A stretch of 64,000 nt of DNA, taken from the NCBI GenBank assembly GCA_964563715.1, contig CAZLXA010000001.1, positions 33,613-97,612 on the forward strand, given 5' to 3'. Of this stretch, positions 8,617 through 17,255 are shown in pieces (within the stretch, counting starts at the first letter, position 1; the number at the start of each line of letters is the position of its first letter). The stretch comes from an uncultured Candidatus Saccharibacteria bacterium (GTDB lineage Bacteria; Patescibacteriota; Minisyncoccia; Phycocordibacterales; UBA9973). A model generated the notes under the pieces. The model was given only the letters and a program-made list of their open reading frames with translations. It was not told where the DNA came from and ran no database searches. Made by a program: the position numbers and the translations under genes.

Positions 8617-9567
8617 ATGCCTGAATTACCCGAAGTTACAACTACCGTTAATGGTTTACAAAAAGTCTTACCGGGACTTATTTTTTTAGATGTCTGGACT
8701 GATTTAAATAAAAAAAATCAAAACATCAAACAATTTAAAGAAACAATTAAAAACGATATCTTTTTTAAAGAATTTAAAAAGAAAATAATTGGACAAAAAG
8801 TTATTAAAGTTGAAAGACGAGCAAAAAATATATTAATAAATATCTCAGGTGGACACACAATTTTGATTCATTTAAAAATGACTGGGCACCTTCTTTTTGG
8901 TGAATACAAAAAAGTAGTAAATAATAAAGGGAAAGACGCAAGTAAAATACTTTGGGTGCCAAAAAATGACGGACCATTAAATGACCCCTATAACAGATTT
9001 ATACATGTTGTCTTTACCCTATCAAACAACAAACATTTAGCATTTTGTGATTCTCGTAAGTTTGGCAAGGTCACTATTATTCCTACAGACAAAAAAAATG
9101 AAACTGTTCATTTAAAAAACATCGGTCCGGAACCTCTTGAAAAAACTTTTAGTCAGAAAGAATTTATTAATCGTTTGTTTTTAAAACCTAATTGGAAAAT
9201 TAAAACAATTCTGATGGATCAATCCATCATCGCTGGTATTGGTAATATTTATTCGGATGAAATGCTTTGGGCTTCAAACATACACCCTGAATCAAACCCT
9301 CATAAAATTCCAAAAACCCAATTATCAAAACTTTATTTCGAGATGAAAAAAGTTTTGACTAAAGGTATCGATTTTGGTGGTGATTCTATGTCAGACTATC
9401 GAAATACCGAAGGATTACGAGGTGATTTTCAAAATGAACATAATGTTTATCAGAAAAAAGGCCACAAGTGTGGTAAAAAGGGTTGCAGAGGTGTTATAAT
9501 AAGAAAGGTTATAAATGGTCGCAGTGCCCATTTTTGTAACACTCATCAAAAAATATTTTCGAATTGA
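8617..9567 (+). CDS. mutM: Formamidopyrimidine-DNA glycosylase (Fpg/MutM)
   Basis: MPELPEV N-terminus with catalytic Pro2-Glu3, a H2TH region, and a C-terminal zinc finger CGKKGCRG...HFCNTH. Confidence 0.85.
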   Translation: MPELPEVTTTVNGLQKVLPGLIFLDVWTDLNKKNQNIKQFKETIKNDIFFKEFKKKIIGQKVIKVERRAKNILINISGGHTILIHLKMTGHLLFGEYKKVVNNKGKDASKILWVPKNDGPLNDPYNRFIHVVFTLSNNKHLAFCDSRKFGKVTIIPTDKKNETVHLKNIGPEPLEKTFSQKEFINRLFLKPNWKIKTILMDQSIIAGIGNIYSDEMLWASNIHPESNPHKIPKTQLSKLYFEMKKVLTKGIDFGGDSMSDYRNTEGLRGDFQNEHNVYQKKGHKCGKKGCRGVIIRKVINGRSAHFCNTHQKIFSN

Positions 9568-9574
9568 TACTCGT

Positions 9575-9684
9575 CCCGTTAGAAGTCGTGATTATCGGGA
9601 AAGTAAATAATTTATTATTAAAAATAAGTACAGTGGCTCGATTTTATTAATTAATATTAATAATCACGACCTACTTCTAATGGG
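9575..9684 (+). repeat. Palindromic start-abutting element, copy B (CCCGTTAGAAGTCGTGATT ... AATCACGACCTACTTCTAATGGG|ATG)
   Basis: 19-nt arms with one G.U-compatible mismatch; the ATG of ORF 9685 directly follows GGG. Confidence 0.55.
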
Positions 9685-9897
9685 ATGGCAGAAAAACCAA
9701 AAGAAAAAAAGAAAAAACATAATGGTGGAGAAATGCATTTCGGACTTGAAGTCCTTTTATTTGTTGTGGCGATTTTTATTCTCTGGATTTTAATGGGTGG
9801 AGCAAAAAAGAAAGTTGAGGATAAACCTTTCATTACTCCCCTAACCGATCAAGTAAATCCTGGAATGAAATATGGACCAAATTCTGATAGAAATTAA
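9685..9897 (+). CDS. Small membrane protein, hypothetical
   Basis: 70 aa, Lys-rich N-terminus, one TM helix; start abuts palindromic element copy B. Confidence 0.45.
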   Translation: MAEKPKEKKKKHNGGEMHFGLEVLLFVVAIFILWILMGGAKKKVEDKPFITPLTDQVNPGMKYGPNSDRN

Positions 9898-10376
9898 TTT
9901 CTTAGTATTCTAAATAAAGCCACTCCGCACGCCACTGAAACATTAAGTGATTCTTTTTGGCCATGCATAGGTATTTGAGCAATAGTGTCGCATCTATTTA
10001 AAATACTCTGTCTCAAACCGGTGACTTCTGGGCCCATAATTATTACAGTTTTTTTGCCCTGAGTAGATACTTTACGATAATCAATTGCTTTTTTATCTTG
10101 CTCAATAGCAATAATCATATAACCTTCTTTTTTTAATTTACTAATAACTAGGGCTAAACTTTTTTTATATTCCCATTTTATGAAATTTTCAGCCCCGAGA
10201 GCGCTTTTGGCTATATCTTTTTGAATTCGGCCAAACTTATCTGTTGGCCGGGGGCTAAAACCAGTCAAATATATTTTCGAAATTCCAACAGCATCAGCCG
10301 TCCGAAACATGGCTCCAATATTTATGGCTGAGCGAATATCCGGCAAAATAAGAATGTTTTCTTCTTCATTTTTCAT
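9894..10376 (-). CDS. SpoU/TrmH-family RNA 2'-O-methyltransferase
   Basis: 160-aa SPOUT fold; IGAMFRTADAVGISKIYLTGFSPRP and C-terminal NVSVACGVALFRIL motifs. Confidence 0.7.
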   Translation of the reverse strand: MKNEEENILILPDIRSAINIGAMFRTADAVGISKIYLTGFSPRPTDKFGRIQKDIAKSALGAENFIKWEYKKSLALVISKLKKEGYMIIAIEQDKKAIDYRKVSTQGKKTVIIMGPEVTGLRQSILNRCDTIAQIPMHGQKESLNVSVACGVALFRILRN

Positions 10377-10430
10377 ACCAGCATTCTACCACCAAAAATA
10401 TAAAAAGAAAGCCATTTTATTATATAGATT

Positions 10431-11171
10431 TTATTTTTGAGTGTTTAAAATTATATTTTTTAAATCCTTGGGTGCATGGGTCAGATTTACACAACCCTTT
10501 TTAGTAATTAAGACCATATCTTCAATTCGAACTCCCCCAAAACTCTTTATATAAATTCCGGGTTCAATAGTCACCACACAACCAATTGGTAAAATATCAT
10601 CACTTTTGGGTTTTAAATTTGGCCATTCGTGAATAACAGTTCCCACTCCATACCCTAAACCATGTGGAAATTTCTTAGAGCCAAATTTTTTATTTAAAAA
10701 TACTCTGGCTGTTTTATCTAACATCCATGCCCTTTTTTCACCATCATTAATTTTACCAATGACTTTATTTTGAGCCTCCTGTACAGCTAAATAAATTTTT
10801 TGTTGTTTATTATTTATTTTACCCCAAAAATAAGTCCGTGACATATCCGAACAATAATGGTTGCTGGTGCAACCAAAGTCAAACATTATCGTATCACCTT
10901 TTTTTAATTTTGTTTGACTAGGCTCATGGTGAATATTGGCTGAGTTTTTTCCAAAAGATACAATCGGTGGAAAAGCTAAAATCGGAGCTTTGTATTTAAT
11001 GAAAGATTTCTTGATAAATTTTTCAACTTCAATTTCTCTAATTCCAGTCTTTAAAATTTTTAGTGTATCAACCAAAACCCGCTCACTAATCCTTTGTGCT
11101 TTGATTATATTTTCTAATTCTTTTTTCGTCTTCACCGCTCTCACCTCGTGAATCAATTTTGTTTCTTTCAT
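10431..11171 (-). CDS. M24-family metallopeptidase (Xaa-Pro aminopeptidase/prolidase-like)
   Basis: Pita-bread-fold motifs DFGCTSNHYCSDMSRT, HGLGYGVGTVIHEWP and GGVRIEDMVLIT. Confidence 0.75.
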   Translation of the reverse strand: MKETKLIHEVRAVKTKKELENIIKAQRISERVLVDTLKILKTGIREIEVEKFIKKSFIKYKAPILAFPPIVSFGKNSANIHHEPSQTKLKKGDTIMFDFGCTSNHYCSDMSRTYFWGKINNKQQKIYLAVQEAQNKVIGKINDGEKRAWMLDKTARVFLNKKFGSKKFPHGLGYGVGTVIHEWPNLKPKSDDILPIGCVVTIEPGIYIKSFGGVRIEDMVLITKKGCVNLTHAPKDLKNIILNTQK

Positions 11172-11174
11172 AAA

Positions 11175-11756
11175 TTATATAAATGGATTTTTATCTTCGA
11201 ATGTTAAGCGAATCACTTTGTCTTTCGATATTTTATCAGGATGAAGACCATATTTCATTTCATATATTTCCCCGGCGCCACAAAACTTAGCTTTATTAAA
11301 ATCAAAACCAAGTAATTCTGAAACTCTTATTACCTCTTCTTTATTTTTTCCTTCTATTTCTATATATGGCTCTAAATATGGCCAGGTATCAATATCAATT
11401 TCAACTCCACCCAATATCCAACGTTCTCTTAAAGTCTCTGAATAATTTGTCATTCTAGCTCCTAAACTTTCTAAGAATTCCACTCCCAAATCCATATCAG
11501 AAATATCAAATTCAACTTCTTTTTGTTCCTCTATCGATGAATCAGTTGGTATACATTTATACGCCATAGTAATTTTATCCCCATCATCTCGGACACGAGC
11601 CCATTCCCAAAAATTACGACCCAAAGACTGCAAATCAAAGTTATATCTTTTTTGCTTATACTCGGCCCTTAGAAGCTCGGCTCCTAAATTTTTTAATTTA
11701 ATCCGATACTCGTCCTTATCAATATTCAAATATGTCGCTTCGTATTCTATCGCCAT
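11175..11756 (-). CDS. CYTH-domain protein (class IV adenylate cyclase / triphosphatase-like)
   Basis: N-terminal IEYEATYLNI and C-terminal EIDIDTW..EPYIEIEG acidic triplets are typical of the CYTH tunnel. Confidence 0.55.
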   Translation of the reverse strand: MAIEYEATYLNIDKDEYRIKLKNLGAELLRAEYKQKRYNFDLQSLGRNFWEWARVRDDGDKITMAYKCIPTDSSIEEQKEVEFDISDMDLGVEFLESLGARMTNYSETLRERWILGGVEIDIDTWPYLEPYIEIEGKNKEEVIRVSELLGFDFNKAKFCGAGEIYEMKYGLHPDKISKDKVIRLTFEDKNPFI

Positions 11757-11757
11757 A

Positions 11758-12438
11758 TTATTTTATCTCTTTAATATCCTCGCTAATCATTTTAACTATT
11801 TCTGGAAACTTGGATACATTAAAGTGGCCATTTTTGCTTTTATAAATAATAATTTTAGAATTCTTTAATTTATTTCTATATTTCTCAGCATGAGAAACTG
11901 GAACAACTTCATCATCGGCTGAAAACATAAGGGTTACATCTTTACAGTTCTTTTCAATTAAAGATAAGTCCGATTTTAATTTAAAACCACCAACTAAATC
12001 CTCTTGTGGGCATGTATTATCAAAAGGAGGACAAATCATATAAACCGAAAGTAATTTTTTGGGGAATTTATTTTCTGATAAATATTTAGCTAGAAAAATA
12101 CCACCCAAAGAACCTCCAAGCAATATTGAATTCATCTTCAAATATGGAATATATTTTTCAAAAACTATTTTCCATTCTTTATATTTAGCATTTTCTTGAA
12201 GAGGAAAACGAGGTTTTATTATTTGAAATTTTTTACCCAATTCCTCATTTATATATGTATCGGCCCATTTTGGTTTTTTTAAAAATTTTATTTCTTTATT
12301 TTTCAAGTAATTTAAATAATCCTTCTGCTTCTTAAAAGTCGTTCCACCGTGAATCATTAATATTTGCGTCTTTGTTTTCATATAAGTTTTATAAGTTAAA
12401 TTTTTCCTTAATTTGTTTTGCCGCTGTAGCTGGGTCAA
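11758..12438 (-). CDS. RBBP9/YdeN-like serine hydrolase (alpha/beta fold)
   Basis: LMIHGGTTF, nucleophile elbow GGSLGG, and C-terminal HF. Confidence 0.55.
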   Translation of the reverse strand: MTQLQRQNKLRKNLTYKTYMKTKTQILMIHGGTTFKKQKDYLNYLKNKEIKFLKKPKWADTYINEELGKKFQIIKPRFPLQENAKYKEWKIVFEKYIPYLKMNSILLGGSLGGIFLAKYLSENKFPKKLLSVYMICPPFDNTCPQEDLVGGFKLKSDLSLIEKNCKDVTLMFSADDEVVPVSHAEKYRNKLKNSKIIIYKSKNGHFNVSKFPEIVKMISEDIKEIK

Positions 12439-12949
12439 TATCTGTATTATTAATTCTTAGATAATTTTTTTCTTTTATTTCTCCCTCCAAGGAGTTTGGT
12501 CTATGTTTAACTAGGGTTTCTCTTAATTTTTTATCAGCCCCAGCGCTTCCTCTTTTTGACGGTTTATGTATTAATCGATTCTCTGTTTTGTTTCTTTTTA
12601 TTCTCTCTTCAATGTCAGCTTCGAGTTCAACATAGTATATTTCTGCTCCTTTATCACGAAATATTTTAGTTAGAGACTCCGTGTATTCCCAGTCTTTCTT
12701 GTCATCAAAATACCATACAAAGGTAAAGATTAATCCTTCTAAATCACTTTCTGATACTGCTTTAAATACCTCTTCCCTAATAAGTCTTACTAGTTTTTGT
12801 GCTGTGGGTGTCCCGTAATCAAAGAAAGGATTAACTAGCTCAATCGGCATATGATTATGAAATAACTTAAGGCTTGTTATTTTTTCAAGTTCTTGACCTA
12901 CGGTCATTTTCCCAACAGCTTGTGGCCCAGTAATAAGGATTAATTTCAT
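12389..12949 (-). CDS. P-loop NTPase / small-molecule kinase-like (AAA_33-type)
   Basis: Walker A ITGPQAVGKMT at the N-terminus; 186 aa. Overlaps the downstream ORF by about 50 nt, so the start may be internal. Confidence 0.5.
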   Translation of the reverse strand: MKLILITGPQAVGKMTVGQELEKITSLKLFHNHMPIELVNPFFDYGTPTAQKLVRLIREEVFKAVSESDLEGLIFTFVWYFDDKKDWEYTESLTKIFRDKGAEIYYVELEADIEERIKRNKTENRLIHKPSKRGSAGADKKLRETLVKHRPNSLEGEIKEKNYLRINNTDIDPATAAKQIKEKFNL

Positions 12950-13032
12950 ATTTAAATTATAACATAATTTTATATAATGTTGATTTTATTACGTTAATAT
13001 GGTATTTTGATATGGTTAATGGAAGATAGTTA

Positions 13033-13106
13033 TGCGCCCGTAGCTCAGTTGGTAGAGCAGCTCCCTTTTAAGGAGATGGTCGTAGGTTCGATTCCTACCG
13101 GGCGCA
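13033..13106 (+). tRNA. tRNA-Lys (anticodon TTT)
   Basis: GCGCCCG-TA-GCTC-AGTTGGTA-GAGC-A-GCTCC-CTTTTAA-GGAGA-TGGTC-GTAGG-TTCGATT-CCTAC-CGGGCGC-A. Confidence 0.85.
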
Positions 13107-13271
13107 CACTTATAAAAACCTTAAGAAATTAAGGTTTTTATAAGTGTGCGCCCAAGCAAGCAAACTGCTTTGCTTGCGTGTAGGAATCGAAAGGCTTTTG
13201 TGTCTTTTTAAAAATTCATTTTAAAAAAGTACAAAAGGCATACTGTCCTCGTAGAGGAAGATATCCTACCG
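13107..13271 (+). repeat. tRNA-Lys-associated downstream segment. Contains a terminator hairpin that incorporates the tRNA 3' end, antisense copies of the tRNA T-arm and acceptor, and the conserved block CTGTCCTCGTAGAGGAAGATATCCTACCG (13243-13271).
   Basis: AAGTGTGCGCCC and GTAGGAATCGAA are reverse complements of the tRNA 3' end and T-arm. The final CCTACCG repeats the tRNA T-stem/acceptor junction. The block is about 90% identical to the one after tRNA-Arg. Confidence 0.55.
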
Positions 13272-13298
13272 ATAAGCGTACTCGCGGCCCTACCAACC

Positions 13299-13394
13299 TG
13301 ATAGAAAGTCTTGTAACACAAGACTTTTTTCTGTGCAAAATGGGTTAACCTAGAGGGGAATCGAACTTTTGTGTATTTCTGATATAATTAATTT
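13299..13394 (+). repeat. Direct repeat 1 (terminator hairpin plus leaderless promoter module) flanking the GNAT-NUDIX cassette
   Basis: GATAGAAAGTCTTGTAACACAAGACTTTTTTCTGTGCAAAATGG ... TATTTCTGATATAATT. A second copy lies at 14503-14597 with ~4 mismatches in the first 45 nt. Confidence 0.65.
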
Positions 13395-13982
13395 ATGGAA
13401 TTAAAAACAAAAAGATTAATATTAAGAGAACCCAAGATTAGCGACTGGAAAGATGTTGTTGAGGGAATTGGTGATTATGATGTTGCTAAAATGATGGTCA
13501 GTGTCCCTTACCCTTATGCAAAAAAAGATGCTTTGTGGTTTATAAATTTAAAAACAAAAGAATCTAAAAAGAAAGAGCCGAACTCCTATTTATTTTTTAT
13601 TGAATTAAAATCGGAGAAAAAAGTTATTGGAGCAGTTGAGGTTTTTAAAATTAATAGGTTTCATAGTACAGGAGAAACTGGATCATGGATTAATAAGAAT
13701 TATTGGAGAAAAGGTTACGTAACTGAGGCTAAGATAGCTCTTAACGATTTTGCTTTTAATAAAATTAAACTAAGAAGATTAGATTCTCCTGTTTTTTCCG
13801 ACAATGAAGCATCTAATGCAACACAGAAAAAAATGGGTTATGTATTAGAAGGAACCATGAGAAAAGCTCATAAAAGTAAAGCTACAAGTAAAACCCATGA
13901 TATAAATATGTATGGTCTCTTAAAAGAAGACTGGAAGAAAAAGAGGGTTAAGTTAATTAAAGAAATGAAGAGTAAAAAATAA
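13395..13982 (+). CDS. GNAT-family N-acetyltransferase (RimJ/RimL-like)
   Basis: 195 aa; GNAT motif A region KNYWRKGYVTEAKIALNDFAF. TATAAT lies 6 nt upstream of the ATG, suggesting a leaderless mRNA. Confidence 0.7.
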   Translation: MELKTKRLILREPKISDWKDVVEGIGDYDVAKMMVSVPYPYAKKDALWFINLKTKESKKKEPNSYLFFIELKSEKKVIGAVEVFKINRFHSTGETGSWINKNYWRKGYVTEAKIALNDFAFNKIKLRRLDSPVFSDNEASNATQKKMGYVLEGTMRKAHKSKATSKTHDINMYGLLKEDWKKKRVKLIKEMKSKK

Positions 13983-13986
13983 TTTT

Positions 13987-14394
13987 ATGAAAAACAATTC
14001 TAAATCAAGGATAAGAGTAGCTGGAGTTGTCACTAGAGATGATAAATTACTTCTTTTAAAAGGAAAGGGGTACGAATATTATTGGACACCAGGAGGAAAA
14101 GTTGACGGAGAAGAAAGTAATGAAGAATGTTTAAAAAGAGAACTAAAAGAAGAAATAGGTGTGAATCTAATTTCAGTGAAACTTTTTAAGGAATATGAAG
14201 GTGTATCCTTTTTTAATTCAGAAATAAAACAAAAACAAATCGTGTATTTAATTGAAATAGATGGTTCGATAAAGCCAGACGCAGAAATTGAGAGTTATAT
14301 TTGGATGAGCAAAGAAGATTACGAAAATAAGAAATATAATACACGGACTGACGATAATTTGATTTTAGATTTAATAAAAGAAAATATTTGGTAA
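13987..14394 (+). CDS. NUDIX hydrolase
   Basis: Nudix box GGKVDGEESNEECLKRELKEEIGV (GX5EX7REUXEEXGU). Confidence 0.8.
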   Translation: MKNNSKSRIRVAGVVTRDDKLLLLKGKGYEYYWTPGGKVDGEESNEECLKRELKEEIGVNLISVKLFKEYEGVSFFNSEIKQKQIVYLIEIDGSIKPDAEIESYIWMSKEDYENKKYNTRTDDNLILDLIKENIW

Positions 14395-14502
14395 TTAACT
14401 TTCCCTCTGTAAAGCTTTAATAAAAATTAGCTGATTATATAAACCCTTCATATAACTCTCATTAGATAAAATATTTATAATAATCTCCTGTTCTGGGGAC
14501 CC

Positions 14503-14597
14503 GATAAAAAGTCTTGTAACACAAGACTTTTTTCTGTGGAAAAGTGGCCAACCAAGACAAAAATAGAAACTTATTATATTTCTGTTATAATTTACCT
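14503..14597 (+). repeat. Direct repeat 2 (terminator hairpin plus leaderless promoter module) upstream of rsgA
   Basis: GATAAAAAGTCTTGTAACACAAGACTTTTTTCTGTGGAAAAGTGG ... TATTTCTGTTATAATT; TATAAT at 14586-14591 lies 6 nt before ATG 14598. Confidence 0.65.
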
Positions 14598-15662
14598 ATG
14601 CAATTAGAAGACCTGGGATACAATGATTTTTTTAAAAATAACCGAACAAATTTAGGGTTGGATGGTTTTTCTGTGGCCAGAGTGATAGCTGAACACAAGG
14701 GTTCTTATAAAATCAAAAATGAGGATTATGAATTTTTTGCGAAAGTAACAGGCAAGAAGATTTTCAATGCTTCGTCTCGTGAAGACTACCCGGCTGTTGG
14801 GGATTGGGTAATAATTAAAGAGCAAACTGGAAACTGGGCCATCATAACAGATATCTTGCCAAGACAGAGCTTAATAAAAAGAAAATATAATAATAAAAAT
14901 GGAATTCAGATAATTGGGACAAATATCGATGTAGCTTTTATAGTTGAGTCTGTCGGCCGAGATTTTAATTTAAATCGCTTTGAAAGATATCTGGCTATAG
15001 TTAATGATGGCGGAATTTGGCCGGCTATTATTGTAAATAAAATAGATTTAATATCACAAAAGGAGTTGGATTTTAAATTAAATCAAATAAAAAATCGTTT
15101 TAAAAATGTTGATATTATTCTAACGAGTGTCTTGGCTGATATTGGACTTCGAGAACTCAGGTCTTATATTAAGCCTTCAAAAACATATTGTTTCCTTGGT
15201 TCGTCGGGTGTCGGTAAATCGTCTTTAATAAATAAATTATTAAAAGAAAATGTCATTGAGACAAATGACATAAGCCTCCAGACAGACAGAGGTAAACATA
15301 CAACCACTAGTCGAGAAATGTATTTTTTAAAAAATGGGGGTATAGTTATAGATAATCCTGGCATACGAGAAGTTGGAATGGCTGACACCCAAGTGGGGGT
15401 TGATAATATTTTTGATGAGATTACTAATTTAGCAACAGAATGTAAGTTTATCGATTGTTCTCATACTTCTGAGCCAGGTTGTAATGTTTTAAAAGCCCTA
15501 AATTCCAATAGTTTAAATGCCGAAAAATATGCCAATTATATCAATCTAAAAAAAGAAACAGAGTACTATGAAATGACGGAATCAGAAAGAAAAGAAAAAG
15601 ACTACAAATTTGGAAAATTCCTGAAAAAAGCCAAAAAAGAAATAGAAAAATATAAAAATTAA
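14598..15662 (+). CDS. rsgA: Ribosome small-subunit biogenesis GTPase RsgA (YjeQ/EngC)
   Basis: OB domain, circularly permuted GTPase motifs NKIDL (G4) preceding GSSGVGKSSLINKL (G1), and a C-terminal Zn-binding CKFIDCSHTSEPGC. The ORF track starts at 14544; the leaderless-type start at 14598 is preferred. Confidence 0.8.
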   Translation: MQLEDLGYNDFFKNNRTNLGLDGFSVARVIAEHKGSYKIKNEDYEFFAKVTGKKIFNASSREDYPAVGDWVIIKEQTGNWAIITDILPRQSLIKRKYNNKNGIQIIGTNIDVAFIVESVGRDFNLNRFERYLAIVNDGGIWPAIIVNKIDLISQKELDFKLNQIKNRFKNVDIILTSVLADIGLRELRSYIKPSKTYCFLGSSGVGKSSLINKLLKENVIETNDISLQTDRGKHTTTSREMYFLKNGGIVIDNPGIREVGMADTQVGVDNIFDEITNLATECKFIDCSHTSEPGCNVLKALNSNSLNAEKYANYINLKKETEYYEMTESERKEKDYKFGKFLKKAKKEIEKYKN

Positions 15663-15897
15663 ATTTATATATTCAAAAAACCTTTTATTTGCAACGATAA
15701 AAATATGGGTGTGGGGGTTATCCACTTTTTCATTTGGACTTATTATATTTGTGTTATATAATATATACAAGACAAGACACATTGAAGTTATCTTTCCAAC
15801 ATTCACCCAATGTACTGGGATTTAATTATTGGGAAAGATTTATACATCACAACAAGTTCCTTATACTCACAAATTACAAGTGAGTCAAAAAGCAAAA

Positions 15898-15949
15898 GGC
15901 TTGGAAGCTGGTTCTCAAATTTTTGAGGTTCAACTTCCAAGCCTTTTTT
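15898..15949 (+). terminator. Strong hairpin plus T-run ~240 nt downstream of rsgA (terminator of rsgA or of an unannotated small RNA)
   Basis: GGCTTGGAAG...CTTCCAAGCC followed by TTTTTT. Confidence 0.5.
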
Positions 15950-15955
15950 AATTTA

Positions 15956-16088
15956 CCCCCACACCTACTTTGCTATTGCTTTTATTGTGCCATAAATTTA
16001 AATACTTTGTTTAAGATTATGATTATAAATTAAAACTGGCTAACCAACTTTTAGGGAAAAGCACAATAATAGCAAAGTAGGTGTGGGG
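15956..16088. repeat. Perfect ~34-bp inverted repeat (CCCCCACACCTACTTTGCTATTGCTTTTATTGTGC / GCACAATAATAGCAAAGTAGGTGTGGGG) around a 70-nt AT-rich core; MITE-like or structured RNA
   Basis: Arms at 15956-15990 and 16061-16088. The related half-site GGTGTGGGGG occurs at 15708-15717 and the same termini occur at 7864-7933. Confidence 0.55.
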
Positions 16089-16090
16089 AT

Positions 16091-16726
16091 TTACTTACTA
16101 AGTGAAGAAAGTATAAATTGTTCAAGTGAAATAGTAAAATCACACTCCCCCCGGTGGGCTTTATGATAAATCTCTACCAAAGTACTTAACATTTTTTTTA
16201 AATCATCAATTTTAAAAAATTTATCTTTATTTAAAATCATTGTTTTAATTTTCCAAAATAAAATCCCAGATATTTCCTCTGGTGAGGACCCAGCTTCTAT
16301 TGCTTGTCGATACAAAACCCAAGTTCCAATTTTATCCTTTTTGGCAAAAGCTTCTGCAATATTAAAAACATTTACTTTCGGAGCTTTTTTAGTTGTTGGG
16401 CTGGTAAAATCTTCAATTGTAGCGTATTTTTTATACTTTTTAGTATCAGGGGCTAATAATTTTTCTTCCAAAAAAATAAATGTCGTTTTTGAATCTTTTA
16501 ATATTATCAAATCCTCAATTGAAAAATTTATTTCTCCCTCTTTTATTAACCCATCTACAATAAAGACAAATAATTCCCCAAAAAGACTAACACTTCCGGC
16601 TTGCTCGAAAAACCACTCTTTGGAAAGTTCGTTTGTTGATAAAAAAATTATATTATTAGTTTTATCTAACTTTTTTATATAATCATTCTTTTTTTTTGTA
16701 TCGTTGCCTAAGAGAATATAAATCAT
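16091..16726 (-). CDS. DNA polymerase III delta subunit-like (HolA-like, short)
   Basis: MIYILLGND start and the FNIAEAFAKKDKIGTWVLYRQAIEAGSSPEEISGILFWKIK region resemble HolA domains I and III. At 211 aa it is shorter than typical, so the call is weak. Confidence 0.4.
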   Translation of the reverse strand: MIYILLGNDTKKKNDYIKKLDKTNNIIFLSTNELSKEWFFEQAGSVSLFGELFVFIVDGLIKEGEINFSIEDLIILKDSKTTFIFLEEKLLAPDTKKYKKYATIEDFTSPTTKKAPKVNVFNIAEAFAKKDKIGTWVLYRQAIEAGSSPEEISGILFWKIKTMILNKDKFFKIDDLKKMLSTLVEIYHKAHRGECDFTISLEQFILSSLSK

Positions 16727-17220
16727 ATCCAGTTTTTCACTTTTTTCTTGTAGCTACTATAAACTTCTCCATATTTTTTTTCTAATAGTCTTTCTTCTTT
16801 TCTCAAAAAGAAAATTTTAGTAATAAGATAGGCAATAAAAGTAAATATGACACTAAAAAGTGAATTAATGATTAGAGCAAAACCAAGCGTTAATACAAAA
16901 AGACCCAAATGGGTTGGACTCCGTAAATATTTATATGGTCCAAATTCAAAAAATGATCGTCCTTCTTTTTTATGAACTCTTTCTTGGTAATTAGCCGATG
17001 TTGACTGAGCCCAATAAATTATTATTGAACTTATAAATAACATAAAAAATCCAATATATTGATAAATTGGGTTGGAAAATATTTCTCTTTTCAGTGTCGT
17101 ATCAAAAATAACTCCCAAAATAACTGCAAAAAGGAAAATCAAATAGGAGTGCAGTAAAATAAAATGAACTGTTTCTTTGCGATAATCTACTATTTCTTTT
17201 TTAGGGTTTTCTTTTTCCAT
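16723..17220 (-). CDS. Isoprenylcysteine carboxyl methyltransferase / phospholipid methyltransferase-family membrane protein
   Basis: Four TM helices; conserved C-terminal GPYKYLRSPTHLG...EERLLEKKYGEVYSSYKKKV (ICMT/PEMT motif). Confidence 0.65.
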   Translation of the reverse strand: MEKENPKKEIVDYRKETVHFILLHSYLIFLFAVILGVIFDTTLKREIFSNPIYQYIGFFMLFISSIIIYWAQSTSANYQERVHKKEGRSFFEFGPYKYLRSPTHLGLFVLTLGFALIINSLFSVIFTFIAYLITKIFFLRKEERLLEKKYGEVYSSYKKKVKNWI

Positions 17221-17255
17221 TACTTAATCCTACCACTTGAAATAAATTTTTACCA

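Noticed and set aside
15582-15806. 74-aa minus-strand ORF downstream of rsgA
   Set aside because: Phe/Ile-rich translation of an AT-rich repeat region; it overlaps the rsgA 3' end.
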